Positions 1 to 12,849 of a DNA stretch of 64,000 nt are shown one piece after another. The position numbers and the translations under genes are program-made. The notes under the pieces were generated by a model, which was given only the letters and a program-made list of their open reading frames with translations, had not been told where the DNA came from and made no database searches. The stretch spans positions 8,990,001 to 9,054,000 of the forward strand of contig CM068754.1 of NCBI GenBank assembly GCA_035084275.1, given 5' to 3'. Origin of the DNA: Hydrolagus colliei (taxonomy: Eukaryota). The stretch's first letter is position 1; every line of letters begins with the position of its first letter.

Positions 1-1270
1 ATGTCTTTTATAAAAAGGGATCTTTGCACCGTTTGCAAAGGAGATCATGTAGGACAAGTTGCACTAATGCAGTGGAGGATGCTCCAGGGCTCACTTGGGA
101 CATATTCAAGGTGGACAAGCTCTCATTGAGTCTACGAATTAAAATCCTTGCACTTGATGTAGTGCCTTTCATGTTGGGAGGATGTCTAAATAAATTTCAC
201 AGGATTTATTCCAAAGTGTAGTGACTGTATTTTGCATGCAATCTAGCTCATCCTAAATTCCCTGACGGACTGATGAGAATCAAAGGTAGAAAGCTATAAC
301 TATTTAATAATTATAAGCTATAATATAAAAATTGATTATTTTAATGTGTCCTTTATTGTCAATAACCTCAGTTGCAACAAAAAGCAGCAGGCAAACTGCA
401 CCTGCACAATTTTCGCAGTTTTTTATATGTACCTTAAGATCAATGAAAGTATGATTTTTTTTTTAAATACTTTTTTTAACAAAGCAAAGGCTGTTCAAAG
501 GGAGCAGTGTCGCATATGTCAGCCAGTGTCAAACCACTGCCCTCACCCATTTTCTAAATGGATAACATCTCTGAGACTGATGCGGTGGTAGATCTACAAC
601 ACATAGAGCGATGCACAATAACTCACTCCAGCAAATTGTATGGCCTGTCATAATAAAACAAGTCCTGCTCAGACTCGGTTTTGCATACAATAGCTGCATT
701 TTCTTTTACATTGTTTTCTTGCCTTTCATTTAACATTCACAGAGTCGGGCTTCATTTGAACCAAGTTGAAAATGCGGGTTAACTACTGAGAAAGACCTCA
801 TAGCTCATGAGTGACAAAAGAGTGTTTCACACTCATGAAAGAACCCCTGTATGTAATTCATCTCTCCTAGTGTTATGCCCTTTATATCCCACTACAGTGG
901 CTAACTATGTTGCTATGGGGATGCTAAAGGAACAGTTTGAATGTCGAAGTGCTTAATGTAGTCCAGGGATTTCAGTGTCCAGCTACTTGTGCTCGCTAAA
1001 GATGACACTTTTCGGGTAACAGTCAAAATGCTTAAATGGATGTGTTCAACCATTCGTTTAAATTCAAGTAAGTCAAAGTATTCCTGGATCCCAATTGAAA
1101 AGCTAGACAAATACTGAAATACGAGTTAAGGGCAAAAAGAAAAGTCCTTCAGCCATCTCTAATTTGAACACAACAAGCTGCTAACCAGATGAAGGCCTAG
1201 TTCAGCACTAAACTTAAAATAGTGTAAAGGAAACAAGAGAACCATCACTGTCTTTTATTTCAGCAACCTC

Positions 1271-1323
1271 TCAAAATGGAACTAAACCTGAACCTGGGGT
1301 TTGATAAGAGCCTCCAGCAGATT
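1271..1323 (-). CDS. Candidate terminal coding exon: (E)SAGGSYQTPGSGLVPF*
   Basis: Acceptor ttgtattgtgttgcaatag|, phase-compatible with the 4056 donor. Minus-strand AATAAA at 1254-1259 and 352-357. Homology is weak. Confidence 0.3.
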
Positions 1324-4055
1324 CTATTGCAACACAATACAATTTGCTGTCAAATATCACCTCATTTGGCGGTGAAATCCTGTGAAGCACTTTGAGGCAT
1401 CTCAACAACGTGATAAGGTGACAAATCAAAATGTGAGGATTAGTATAGTGCCCCAGATCAAACTTCTTAGTTTGACAATATGTTTCCCTGTGTTTCCAGT
1501 TAATTAATGTGGGTGTTTCCATTGCTCTTTATTCTGACATCTGTTGTTTCCATGTTTAATGGTAATTTACTTATTATTTCTCCTGTTCCCTTTTTCCTCC
1601 ATTAAGTTTCTCTGTCGACACCCATGTAATAGTGAGCATGTGAGATAAAACATTCATTTAAAAACACACTGAAGCAATACAAAAGTACTTTTCTTTAGAC
1701 TCTTCCAGCTGATGTCGCTTTTAGGAAGGGAAAGTGCAATCCCCATCAAAATCTAGTAAATTCTATACAATTATCCAGTTTGAACCCTGCCTGTCCAGAA
1801 GGTAGTAAACCTTTTTGTGATGACGACTGTGTGAATCCCAGGCAAATTGAAATATCAGCAATTTGGGGCATCATAGATTTTTGAATTTCAGATTGATATT
1901 TTCTGTTCATTACCAAATTTAAACTTGGCACCAAATGAAGATTTCCAGTTTTGTATTGATATGAAATAACCACCTCTCGCAAGTTTGATTTACCATGAAA
2001 TTTAGATTTGTTTAAAGACAGATGTTTATATTATATGTAGCAGGATTATTTCCCATGGAACAATTGTAGCCTGTCTTTCACCCCACTCCCTTCCCCCAAA
2101 CTGCCTTCTTTTTGCCCAGTCGATGTACCTCTTTATTGCAGTCAATGATTCTTTACATCTGTGGAGTCTGTATACGGGCTCCTTCCTTATGAATCAGATG
2201 CAGTTCAACAAATATTTTTATAGGATAGAAAATAAACAAGAATAAAAATTTGAACATAACCCTCTCAACAGACCAGATTTAGTGCTGCATTGAGAGCCTT
2301 TACATAAATACACGGGTCAGTGAAGAGGTCAGAGTCAAAAGATTTCCATTATAGTAACACTTTGAGTCATTTACTTAAATAAACTTAAATGCTTAAATGC
2401 TTCACTTTTGCAGAATTGTTAAAGGCAAACTCAGTAAATTCTGCAAACCTCTTCTGGTTGCAACTTGGTATCCAGATAAACACATGTATTAGCAAAACTA
2501 TGGAAGCATTCTTTTAAATTAAAAACGTCTTCGCCTCTGGCCTTGATTTGGATGTATGGGAACAAGTGAAAGAGAAATATCACATGAAATAATGCATTGG
2601 GAGGGATACAGAGGAAAATAAGCTCAGTTATACCTCTGATTTAATTTAACCAGATTGATCCCCAAAATGGCAATGTATCAAAAGACTACATGGCTGAGAA
2701 ACTAATTGTTTTGTGTTTTTATTTAAGTTTCATACCCTGGTAATAGATTGAAGGGAAGCTTCAGGGATATGCAATTTTATTTTCCTGGCATTTCCTTTAA
2801 GTGTTTGGGAACGCTTTGTACGGACGGAGAAGGAGCCAGGAACATGGGAAACAATTGAACGGGAAGCTTAGGCAAGAAAGAAGGGACCCACAGTGAATGT
2901 TCGTGTGATTACTGCATGTCACTTGTAATGAGACATAAATCTAGATTCAGCATGTGCGCACAAATAATTTTTCCTATGGGAAAATACAAACAAATAAATG
3001 TATAAAAAATCTCTCAATCGTTTTTTGCCATCTGTGAATTATATTTGGGAAAGCTGACTTCAAATAGTAAAATCCCGAGGGGATTCAAGGCTCTGACAGC
3101 ACAGAACTGCCTCATGTCATCTATTTTACCTGTCTCCGTTACAGTTTCTGTTCCATTTAACCTTTGACCCTTTTGGAATTGCTTTGGTATTTCTACATTG
3201 CACTAAAACCACAGAAATGAAATCATTTGTAAGTTTATTTCCAATTCCTATATTGAGCAGCTTTCTGTTGTGGTTTCCAATCTGACTAACCATATTAATA
3301 TCCCAAATTTGCAGAATATTAGCCTCAGGTTATTCAATGGAGAGAGAAGTTTGAAACAAAGAGCATTTAAAGAATCCAGATCATCATTCCTGCCTGCATT
3401 TTTCCATATTCCTCACTCCATTGTTGGAAGACTTACATCCACTTGCAAATCCTATAACTTCAGGTGCAAAACCATTCATTCCCTTTCCACAGTGTCATCC
3501 AGTCCATGAAATTTGCAAATGATCAAAAATCGATAGCCTTTGAGTTCAGAAGATAGCAGACTTGATTGCTGAGATTGGTCATTCAAATCTGCCTACCTCA
3601 GAAATGTAATCAGATCCTAGCAAGTGTGGTAAGTGGAGTTCAGTTCAGGGTGGTTCTCTACTATGAAGAGGACAATTCATGGGGTGACCAATCTAAGCCT
3701 CCTCTCCCATTGACCTTTTGTGAAGGTCAATCACTTCAACCGTTTCCCTCTTTCCCAAAGGATCAGAATGTGTGATGAGCAAGTGGGAGAAAATTGGAAT
3801 TAAAGAATGTCGTTTTTTTTAAATGATTTGACGGTTGGGATCATTTGAGAGGTGCATTCAACTTTTTGTCATTGAATGTATTGCTTTCCCCCGCCCCTAT
3901 CCCAACATTTTGAATTTGAAAACTTTTAGCCTGAAAACTCAGTCTGAAGACTTTTAACTCGAGAAACATATCAAGATCTCGATTGGGGGGTGGGGTGGGG
4001 GGGTGAAATAGCCCAGAATATTTTTACTATTGGGAATAACTAAGTTGTTGCCTAC

Positions 4056-4121
4056 CTGGTACTGCTGGAGTTTCAAGCTGATTGCCACAGTGTTCAGCTT
4101 CTATCTCAGGCATTACCGCAT
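4056..4121 (-). CDS. DACH2: Dachshund homolog likely penultimate exon, 66 bp, phase 1-1: (D)AVMPEIEAEHCGNQLETPAVP
   Basis: Acceptor cttcctgctttttag| and donor CAG|gtaggc. Has the P(E/D)IE motif that follows LRVLND in DACH proteins. Confidence 0.85.
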
Positions 4122-5405
4122 CTAAAAAGCAGGAAGGTTTAAAATCATTTTTAACCGGCAGATTTTGTTTTATTTAAACTGAGAAAACCTTGTGAATCTG
4201 AAATACAATATGTGGATTCGGTTAAAAAAAAGAGTGAGCCCTGGTTTGTGTGGCAGCTTATCATGTGATCACTAATGAGCAAAAGGATTTTCTTCCAACA
4301 GTTCAGTAACTCTATTAACCTCTGATCCCATCAAATCCACAACGTGCATAATGTTCCATGGCTAATTTTTACACACATCAGAATGTGTGTGACTATAATT
4401 AAAATGTGTTCATTATGCATAATGAAAAGCTATAATACAATCTGGAAATGAGTCACAGACATGTGCAAAATCAATTCATTAATTCATTTGTTATTGTGTT
4501 CACACTGTGTGGTTTCTGGTATGACTGTACTTGGAATGATGAGACTAGGTTATGTTTGTAAAATAAATCTGAGATTCCCCTGTTTTTGCGCTAACCAGAA
4601 TTGCATAGCAAGCTCTGAATTTGCAGTTTATTTTTTGTTTGCAGCAGATTCCTCACTTGGCAGACTTCTTGCGTAAATGTGACTAAATACTTTAAGCCAC
4701 AAAGGATGTGAGGCAAGTGTGGCAAATCATCATTGAACTGTTGCTTCCACGGTTTTGTGTGGCACTGGTCACAGAGGATATTAATAAGGGTTTTTGTTTA
4801 AGGATGACTTCTCATCTGCTGCAGATGCTTTTAAAGTTATAATGTTCTGCTGAGTGTTATTTAATTGAAAGGCAATGGCAATGTTTATTTGCATCTGGCA
4901 CAGTAATCAGGGGAACAAATTGGCACATTATATTTTTTCACTTCTGCTGTTTGCATAGGTTCCTCCATCCATAGCTAAGCAATCAATCATGGTACAAACC
5001 CCCTATGTAGCAGTGTGCCCCACTTTACCCTGCAGCAAAAGAAAATCAATCAGCTTAAATTTGTATTGGGAAATGAACTTCAAAAGCTGAGTATCATGGT
5101 TCAATGAAGATTAAAACCTTAGCCTGCTAAATAAACAGTCATTCTATATGGCTAATATTTTTCAGGTTACAATTGAGAACTTTTTTTTTTTTTTCTCCAA
5201 TCCAATATTTGCATTCACAATGTCTGTACTGCAAAGTGTAGAAACTTTAAACCTTCAAATTTATGTGGAAATTGTGCATTTCTTCCCTCTAATTCATGTT
5301 TTAGTTTCAAACCAGACGGCCTTTTCTAGGACTGAGCCAACTGATGAAGTGATTGCTTGCACTGCAAGCTTGGCCACTTAGCTAAGCATAAAACAGTAGT
5401 CGTAC

Positions 5406-5549
5406 CATTGAGGACCCTGAGATTTTCTGAGGATGTTGCTTGTTGTAAAGCCTGCTCCACTTGTTCCCGTCGCTTTGACTCAAACTCCAGTGCTTCTTGT
5501 AATTTCCTCTTTGCCTTTTTCTCTTTCTTCAGTCGCTTTTGAATTGTTG
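5406..5549 (-). CDS. DACH2: Dachshund homolog exon, 144 bp, phase 1-1: (A)TIQKRLKKEKKAKRKLQEALEFESKRREQVEQALQQATSSENLRVLN
   Basis: Visible in ORF 5326..5598. Acceptor ctatttcag| and donor ATG|gtacga. Conserved basic coiled coil. Confidence 0.96.
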
Positions 5550-6111
5550 CTGAAATAGCCACAGAGAGATTTAAAGTCGTTAGGTTGACATGATTCACTG
5601 ATTAACATAGATACAAACTGTAAAAGACTAAGATTCTACCAGATTCGTTGATTATCTCCAGTATTTTCTTTTTATAAAATTAGATAGATATTATTTCAAT
5701 CACAATCAATAACTTGATTTGGCAAAGGATAGCATTTTGTGCTGAAGATTTAACTTTGATTTATGCCTTCAAATTGCAAGCAACTCTTAAAGGTTAAAAT
5801 CAGGTGGTTAGGTCTTTGACAGTAATGTTTCGGGTGTGCACCAAATATAAGCACACAGCCTCAGTCACAAATATTGTACTGTGGTTGTACAGCTGACAGT
5901 AAAGCAGCTTCTCTCCCATGAAATGATATGGAGCAATATCTGTGCTGCAATTTACTGAATAATGTGCTCATAAATAGCACTTTCTTAAAATGTGGACATA
6001 ACAAGCTTTTTTGGTGAAGTAAGAATAGAAAAAATCATTTAGAATAATAGAAAGTGGGTTATAGTACTCTACAAAGATCTTTGTGGAGTATTGAAAAAAA
6101 ATTCACGCGAA

Positions 6112-6335
6112 TGAAACAAAGCAGAAATTGCTGGGAACACTCAGCAAGTCAGGCAGCATCTATGGAGAAAGCAAAGTGAGTCAACGTTTTGTGTCCACGA
6201 CCATTCATCAGAACTGTTCTGATAAAGGGTCATGGACCCGAAACATTGTTGTTTCTCCATAGATGCTGCCTGACTTGCTGACTGTTCCCAGCGATTTCTG
6301 TTTTTGTTTCAGATTTCAAGCATTTGCAGTATTTT
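6112..6335. mobile_element. Foldback repeat, probably derived from a Penelope-like element terminal repeat; ~100-bp inverted arms
   Basis: Arms 6112-6214 and 6217-6311 are near reverse complements (e.g. cagcaagtcaggcagcatctatggagaaa / tttctccatagatgctgcctgacttgctg). Each carries a hammerhead-like core. Confidence 0.7.
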
Positions 6336-7354
6336 GAGTTTTTTATCACATTAGTGAATATATGTGACAAGCAATCATACTGCGGCTTCCGACTTCTAAC
6401 ATAAATGTTATGCATCTGGATTGTATTACAATGTACTCGAACTGTAATGCCATTGCTGCTGATTTTGTTTTATCATTGTAAATAACTATTGTGATCAAGA
6501 ATGTTTGCTAAATAGATTACCCACTGGGAATTAATTTCCTATTCATAAATTTCTCATTAAATTACATTAGCTATTTAATTGGATAGAAGTCATCTGCCCC
6601 AATATTCCCAAATCAGGCAGAAAATGTTGGTAGTGTCACCATTTGAATATGAGGAAAAGGAGATTCTGATGCTTGGAAACATTAATCCAAAAGGCTTGGT
6701 CATGTTATTAAAAAGACCAATCTGATCTTCACCCATTGTGGAATGGTTTAGAATTCCAAAATGTACAAATTAATCATGATTAATTCTATACCTAAATCAG
6801 AATGAGTGAGATGCAGGTGAAAAGACAGATCTCCATCTGGTGAAGTCAGCCTTTGGCCAGATCATAAAAGGGGAAAACAGTTTTAAAGCCACTTTGATTC
6901 TCAATATATGCAATGCTGCTTGTGTTTCTTTTAGCTTTTTTGGGGACTATAAATGGTAGCTGAAGGGAGTGTTCACTTTAAACCACAAAGCAACAGGAGT
7001 TTAATCTCAGTTGTCATAAACCACTAGCTTATCAGGACACATGTATGGCACCAAATAAAACACAGTTGAATCTTGATAAACCTATAAGTAGTTTGCCAAA
7101 AAATCCGCACTTGACTGCAGATTTACATGAGCCGCAGATAAAAAGTAGCTAATTTGCAAATCACTCTACCGCTTTTGACTATTTTAAGTGTAAACCTGTA
7201 TTTTACATTAATCAGATCAGACTTCTAAAAGTACGCTGCTGTGCCTGGGTGAAATGCAGTTGTGGTTTACTTTCATTTAGTGCTCAGCATTAAAACCTGG
7301 ATATTTTGATGAGTGACGAACTCGCTGCTCTAATGGGCTGTGTTTCAAAGTGAT

Positions 7355-9973
7355 GATTCATAGATTCATAGAATTTTACGGCACAAAAGGAGGCCATTCG
7401 GCCCATCTAGTCTGTGCCGGCTCTTTGAAAAGAGCGATTTAATCCCACTGCCCTGCCCGCTCCCCATAGCCTAATAGACCTGTTCTCCCTAAATAAAGAT
7501 CTAATTCCCTTTTAAAAGTTGTTATCGAATCAGCCTCCACCACCTTTTCAGGCAATGCATTCCAGATTCGAACAACTCGCTGAGTGAAAAAAATTCTCCT
7601 CAGCTCCCCTCTACTTCGCCTTGAAACTATTTTAAATCTGTGACCACGAGTCACAGATTTGCCCACGAGTGGAAATAGTTTTTCTCTATTTGCCCTGTCG
7701 AAACCCCTCATGATTTTATAAACCTCTATTAGGTCTCCCCTCAATCTTCTCTGCTCCAGAGAGAATAACCCTAGCCTATCTAGCCTCTACTCATAGCTGA
7801 AGTCCCTCAATCCTGGCACCATCCTAGTAAATCTTCTTTGTACCCTTTCCAATGTCTTCACATCCTTTCTGTAATGTGGTGACCAGAATTGAACACAGTA
7901 TTCCAGCTGAGGCCTCACCAAAGTCTTATAGAGGTTAGTCAGCACTTCCTGACTTTTGTACTCTATACCCCTATTTATAAAGCCTAGTATCCCATATGCC
8001 TTCTTAACAGCCTTGTCTACCTGTCCTGCCACCTTCAACGAGTCACTAACACAAATCCCCAGGTCTCTCTGTTCCTTCACACCATTTAAAATGTTACTAT
8101 CTAGCCTATATTGCCTCCCTTCATTTCTTCTCCCAAAATGCATCACCTCACACTTCTCTGCATTAAACTTCATCTGCCATGTGTCTGCCCACTTTACCAA
8201 TTTGTCTATATCCTTTTGCAGATGGCTACTATCCTCCTCACTATTTACTATTCTCCCTAACTTAGTGTCATCTGCAAACTTGGAAACTGTACTCCGTACA
8301 CCCAAGTCCAGATCATTGATGTAGATTACAAACAGCAATGGTCCCAAAACTGATCCCTGTGGCACACCACTGCTCACTTCCCTCCAATCTGAAAAACAGC
8401 CGCTCACTACAACTCTCTGCTTTCTGTCTCGCAGCCAGTTGTGGATCCACGCTGCCACTGTCCCTTTTACGCCATGGGCCTTTAATTTCCTAATAAGTCT
8501 CTCATGTGGCACTTTGTCAAATGCCTTTTGAAAGTCCATGTAAACTACATCAACTGCGCTACCATTATCCACCCATTCCGTTACCTCATCAAAAAATTCT
8601 ATCAGATTTGTAAGGCAAGATTTGCCTTTAACAAATCCATGTTGACTGTCCTTTATTAGCCTATATCTTTCTAAGTGAAGATCTACCTTGTCCCTGATTA
8701 TGGACTCTAGAAGTTTGCCCACTACCGACGTTAGACTGACTGGTCTGTAGTTACCAGGCTTGTCCTTCTGCCCCTTTTTATACAAGGGAGTAACATTAGC
8801 TATCCTCCAGTCCTCTGGCATGACCCCTGTGTCCAAGGAAGATTGAAAGATCGTGGCCAGAGTCCCTGCTATTTGCTCCCGTGCCTCCCTTAGTAACCTA
8901 GGGTGCATCCCATCCGGACTAGGTGACTTATCCACCTTGAGCGACGTCAACCTTTTTAGAACTTCCTCTCTGGTTATAATTATTCTATCCATTTCTCCTA
9001 CCCTCTCCTTCAATACCATGGCATTGGCTGTATCCTTTTCTTTTGTGAAGACAGAGGCGAAGTACTCATTCAGTACATCAGCCATGCCCTCTGCCTCCAC
9101 AATGAGATTTCCTCCTAGGTCCCTAATTGGCCCCACCCTATCCTTGACCAACCTTTTACTCTTAATATGTTGGTAAAAAACCTTAGGGTTCCCCTTAATC
9201 TTACTCGCTAATTGTTTTTCATGCAGTCTCTTTGCCCCTCTAACTTCCTTTTTTAGTTCTATCCTACACTTCCTATATTCTGCTTGGTTCCCTTCTGTAT
9301 TTTGAGCCTGACACTTATCATAAGCCTCTTTTTTTTGTTTCATTTTGGCCCCGATTTCCTTAGTCATCCAGGGAGGTTTGGATGCCTTACATTTCACCTT
9401 TGTGGGGATGCTTTTGACCTGTGCCTGAACTATCTCCTCTTTGAACGCTGCCCACTGCTCGTTAGTTGTCTTACCTGCCAATTTTTCTTTCCAATCCACC
9501 TTGGCTAGGTCCCACCTCAACTCATTGAAATTAGCCCTTTTCCAGTTGAGTGTCCTCACCTGTGATCGTTCCTTATCCCTTTCCATAATTATTCTGAATC
9601 TAACGATATTGTGGTCACTATTCCCTAGATGCTCACCTACAAAAACCTGTTGAACTTGCCCTACCTCATTTCCCAAAACTAGATCCAGCAATGCTTCTTT
9701 CCTCGTTGGACTGGAAACATACTGATCAAGAAAGTTGTCCTGCACACACTTCAGGAATTCTTCTCCCTCCTTGCCCTTTACTCTACTATTCTGCCAGTCT
9801 ATGTTGGGATAGTTGAAGTCACCCATTATCACTACTCTATTAGCTGTGCATTTCTCCGTGATACGCTTGCAGATCTGCTTGTCTATCTCCTCCCCACTAT
9901 TTGGTGGTCTATAGTATACCCCTAACATTGTAACTGCACCTTTTTTATTCCTCATTTCTAACCAGATAGATTT
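7355..9973 (-). mobile_element. CR1-clade LINE, 5'-truncated (~2.6 kb): C-terminal APE endonuclease, RT, 3' UTR and 8-bp repeat tail
   Basis: ORF motifs GVYYRPP, GDFNYPNIDW, SDHN, NYRPVSLTS, GVPQGSVLGP and FADD. 3' UTR stem-loop GGCCGAATGGCC at 7392-7403. Tail reads GATTCATA x2 on + from 7355. Confidence 0.97.
7439..9955 (-). pseudogene. CR1 ORF2 (APE-RT) fragment interrupted by one in-frame TAG at 7787-7789
   Basis: ORFs 7787..9955 and 7439..7744 share a frame and read ...FSYE*RLDRLGLFSLEQRRLRGDL... Confidence 0.92.
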
Positions 9974-10818
9974 GGTGTGGCTTCGCGATCAAGAATTCGC
10001 ATGTGGTAAATCTCGGGGCTCAAAAGGCTGGTATAACCAGAATAAGCCAGTACTGCTTCCATCCACCTTCTGGTGGTTGGTCCCACAGTACAGATGGCCT
10101 TGAAGTCAGAGAATGCTTTTTTAGTTTAGCCATAACATCCAAACTTTTTCCAAGAAGAGCTTTTTTTTAAAAAATAAAAAAATGGAACTGAGCAATGTTT
10201 CATATCAGCATCAACTTCAATACAATGGGGGTGATTGTAAGTCATTCAATGCATTACAAAGCTGTGCTTGAACTGTGTGTGCATTAATTCCAAAGTTAAC
10301 TGCAATTTAATGAAACCTAATTTTAATCTCTATAATGTACTTAGATGCAACTAAGTACTTAAATGTCAGAACAAGGTTATACTTCACAAATTGAAAACCA
10401 CATCAATTTCTATTTGCTATGATCATGTCAGATATAATGACGTGTGGTAATGTATTTTTTTATTTGCCCTCTATTGATTCAATATTTTTATTTATTTTTT
10501 GCTTCACTTTCCCAAATATTTAGATACATCTGTACTTTCAGGGCTCTTTTTACCCCCTCTTGTTCCCATTAGCACTCTGTCTTGGTCCCTGGGAGCTGCT
10601 GAAACTGAGAGTAATATTGTTGCTGGAGTTGAGAGTCACTGGGAATGCATTTGGCAACTTGACATATTTGTGAGGACATCATGATGCTCCTCGGTAAGTG
10701 CATTGAACTCTACCATCCACTTCTGTGTTGTTCGAGCTGTTGATACTCCCTAACCAAACAGTCTAAACACTTTTATCATCCCCTGGTTCAATTGCATCTC
10801 ATCGTCCACCGGACTCAC

Positions 10819-10966
10819 CTCTACTATGCTGTTCTGTGGTGAGTTGCCGCTCCAAGGTTTCTCTCATTTCTCTCTCCCTGAATAGCTCCAGCTTGAGTTC
10901 TTTCTTCTCCTGTTGTATCTGCTTTTCCTGCACACGTGCATTGTCTACAGCCACCTTCAACAGGCC
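10819..10966 (-). CDS. DACH2: Dachshund homolog exon, 148 bp, phase 0-1: GLLKVAVDNARVQEKQIQQEKKELKLELFREREMRETLERQLTTEQHSR, DD2 coiled coil
   Basis: Acceptor gctttcacag| and donor GAG|gtgagt. Contains the DD2 motif GLLKVA.DNAR.QEKQ. Confidence 0.96.
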
Positions 10967-11018
10967 CTGTGAAAGCACAGCATGAAAATTCAGGCAGTAA
11001 TATTGTAAATCAACAAAG

Positions 11019-11125
11019 ATAATAATAATCCTTGCATTTCATATAGCATTTTTCACGTCTTCTAGACGTCTTAAAGCGCTTCACAGAATATACTGTAAAG
11101 TGAATTGACTGTATATTTGTGTGTA
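11019..11125 (-). mobile_element. SINE 3' fragment with L2-like tail
   Basis: Shares aaagcgcttcacagaatatactgtaaa with the copy near 12540; the 55080 copy carries the same core. Confidence 0.7.
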
Positions 11126-12485
11126 GCATTCCTTTCAAAATGCATGTGACATTTAAGCCCTTGTACAAGGCAATCTAATCTGTCTAAACAAACTCACTAT
11201 TACATCCATACTGCCCAACAGTCTTATTTTGAGTGGAATAAAACCAGAGCTCTATTCCTAGCTGATCAAATGCATATTATGCTCAACACATTTTAGAAGT
11301 GGAATAGAGGATGATGTCATTATTAATCGATTGAAGATGATGTTCACAAAAGTCTGGTGGTGTTTGATTTCTAAACATTTGTGACAACTCAAGCCCAACT
11401 ATAGATTATTGCTGGACATGATTCTTTTGGCATTGGTGCTGCTGGTAATTTATGGAAATAGATTCTAAATCTGTAAATGCCTCAGATTTTCCTGAACCCA
11501 GTTATCTTCAAATGAGATGTCATTTTCTGAGAAAAATGTCTCATGATCTCGTTAACAATTTTTTTTAAAAACCCGAATTACTTCTGAAACTCTTCCAATG
11601 TTGCAGTGTCCTGACTTCAGTTACAGAGCCAAATATTGTCCCAATGCCCTAGTTATACTGCACAAGTCAGTGTAATTTCATGAAGCAACTTCCACAACTT
11701 TTCATTCCCTTGAGATTATGGCCATTGAAGGCAATGCTGTCATCTATGCTTTTAAATAGAATCTCATTATTCTGAATGCTCAGTATTAGACCACAAAGAC
11801 CTCAGACACTGGACAGTTGAGGACTTCTACCACATTGATCAGCAATATAACTAAACACAACACTCTGAGTCCATTTTTTTTTCATCCTTATTCTACTGCC
11901 TTTAAATTGAATGTGAAAATTTCTAAATATAAATAGAATTTTATATAATTCTCCTGATGTGGAAGGCGCTATACAAATGTAATTTGTTGTTGTTGAAATG
12001 AGAGATCCCCCCGTTACTCTTTTTTTCCACCCCTGTTTTAAAAACCATTGATAAAGCACTATGTCACTATTTTGTAGCCCTCTAAAACACCTGTTTTTAG
12101 GAGGATTTATTTCCAACTTTATCCAAATATATTTGTGTGGGAAAATGATATTAACAAAGTAGAACCATGTTTCTTCAGGATTAGAGTGAGGTCATTTCAA
12201 TGGTATTTGTTATTTAATGCAAAATGTGAGATATTAAGTGCCTAATTACATAATTAATCACTATTAGCTGCAATTTTCCATATTTGTTGCATCACTGCTT
12301 TCAATAATTTGGCCTTTTGTTAAAGGTGGGAATTAGGTTTCTTATGCATTAAAGAAATTGATCATTTACTAAAGACACATTTTAGAGGATTCTTTTCATT
12401 ACATTGAGGAAAAGCATTGAAATATGGTTAAGCTAATTAAGTGAACCGCTTAAAGTATATTATCATTCAGAATGGGAACTGTTAA

Positions 12486-12800
12486 ATAATAAGAATGACA
12501 ATCCTTCCATTTTGATATAACACTTTTCATGTCTTCTAGATGTCTCAAAGCGCTTCACAGAATATACTGTAAAATTGACTGACTATATTGATGGGCGAAA
12601 TACGGCAGCCAATTGTGCACAGCAGTGTCCCACAAACAGTCGTGGATTTAAATGATCAATTTTTTTAAAAATTTTTTTTAGGGATTATTATTAGGCGTGT
12701 GGAGTAAGGAAACTTGCCCAAGTGTTCGCCTTGCCTGGAACTGAATCCAGGTCTCTCGCTTGTAAAGCGAGTGGTCTAACTGAGCTATTATACTTCAACG
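12486..12800 (-). mobile_element. tRNA-derived SINE with Deu-type core and L2-like tail, near full length
   Basis: The minus strand reads tagctcagttagacc (A box), ggattcagttcc (B-box-like) and tgtttgtgggacactgctgtgcacaattggctgccg (Deu-domain-like). Homologous to the copies at 17317 and 55079. Confidence 0.8.
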
Positions 12801-12849
12801 CTGAGGGTAACTTGGCCAGCTTCAACCAAGATAAATATAATTTCTGAAA

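Noticed and set aside
1872-2188. Further last-exon options (ENINLKFKNL* near 1900; GRSPYTDSTDVKNH* near 2180)
   Set aside because: Weak acceptors and no homology; expected by chance.
7956-9653. Plus-strand ORFs of 70-122 aa
   Set aside because: These are antisense shadows of CR1 ORF2.
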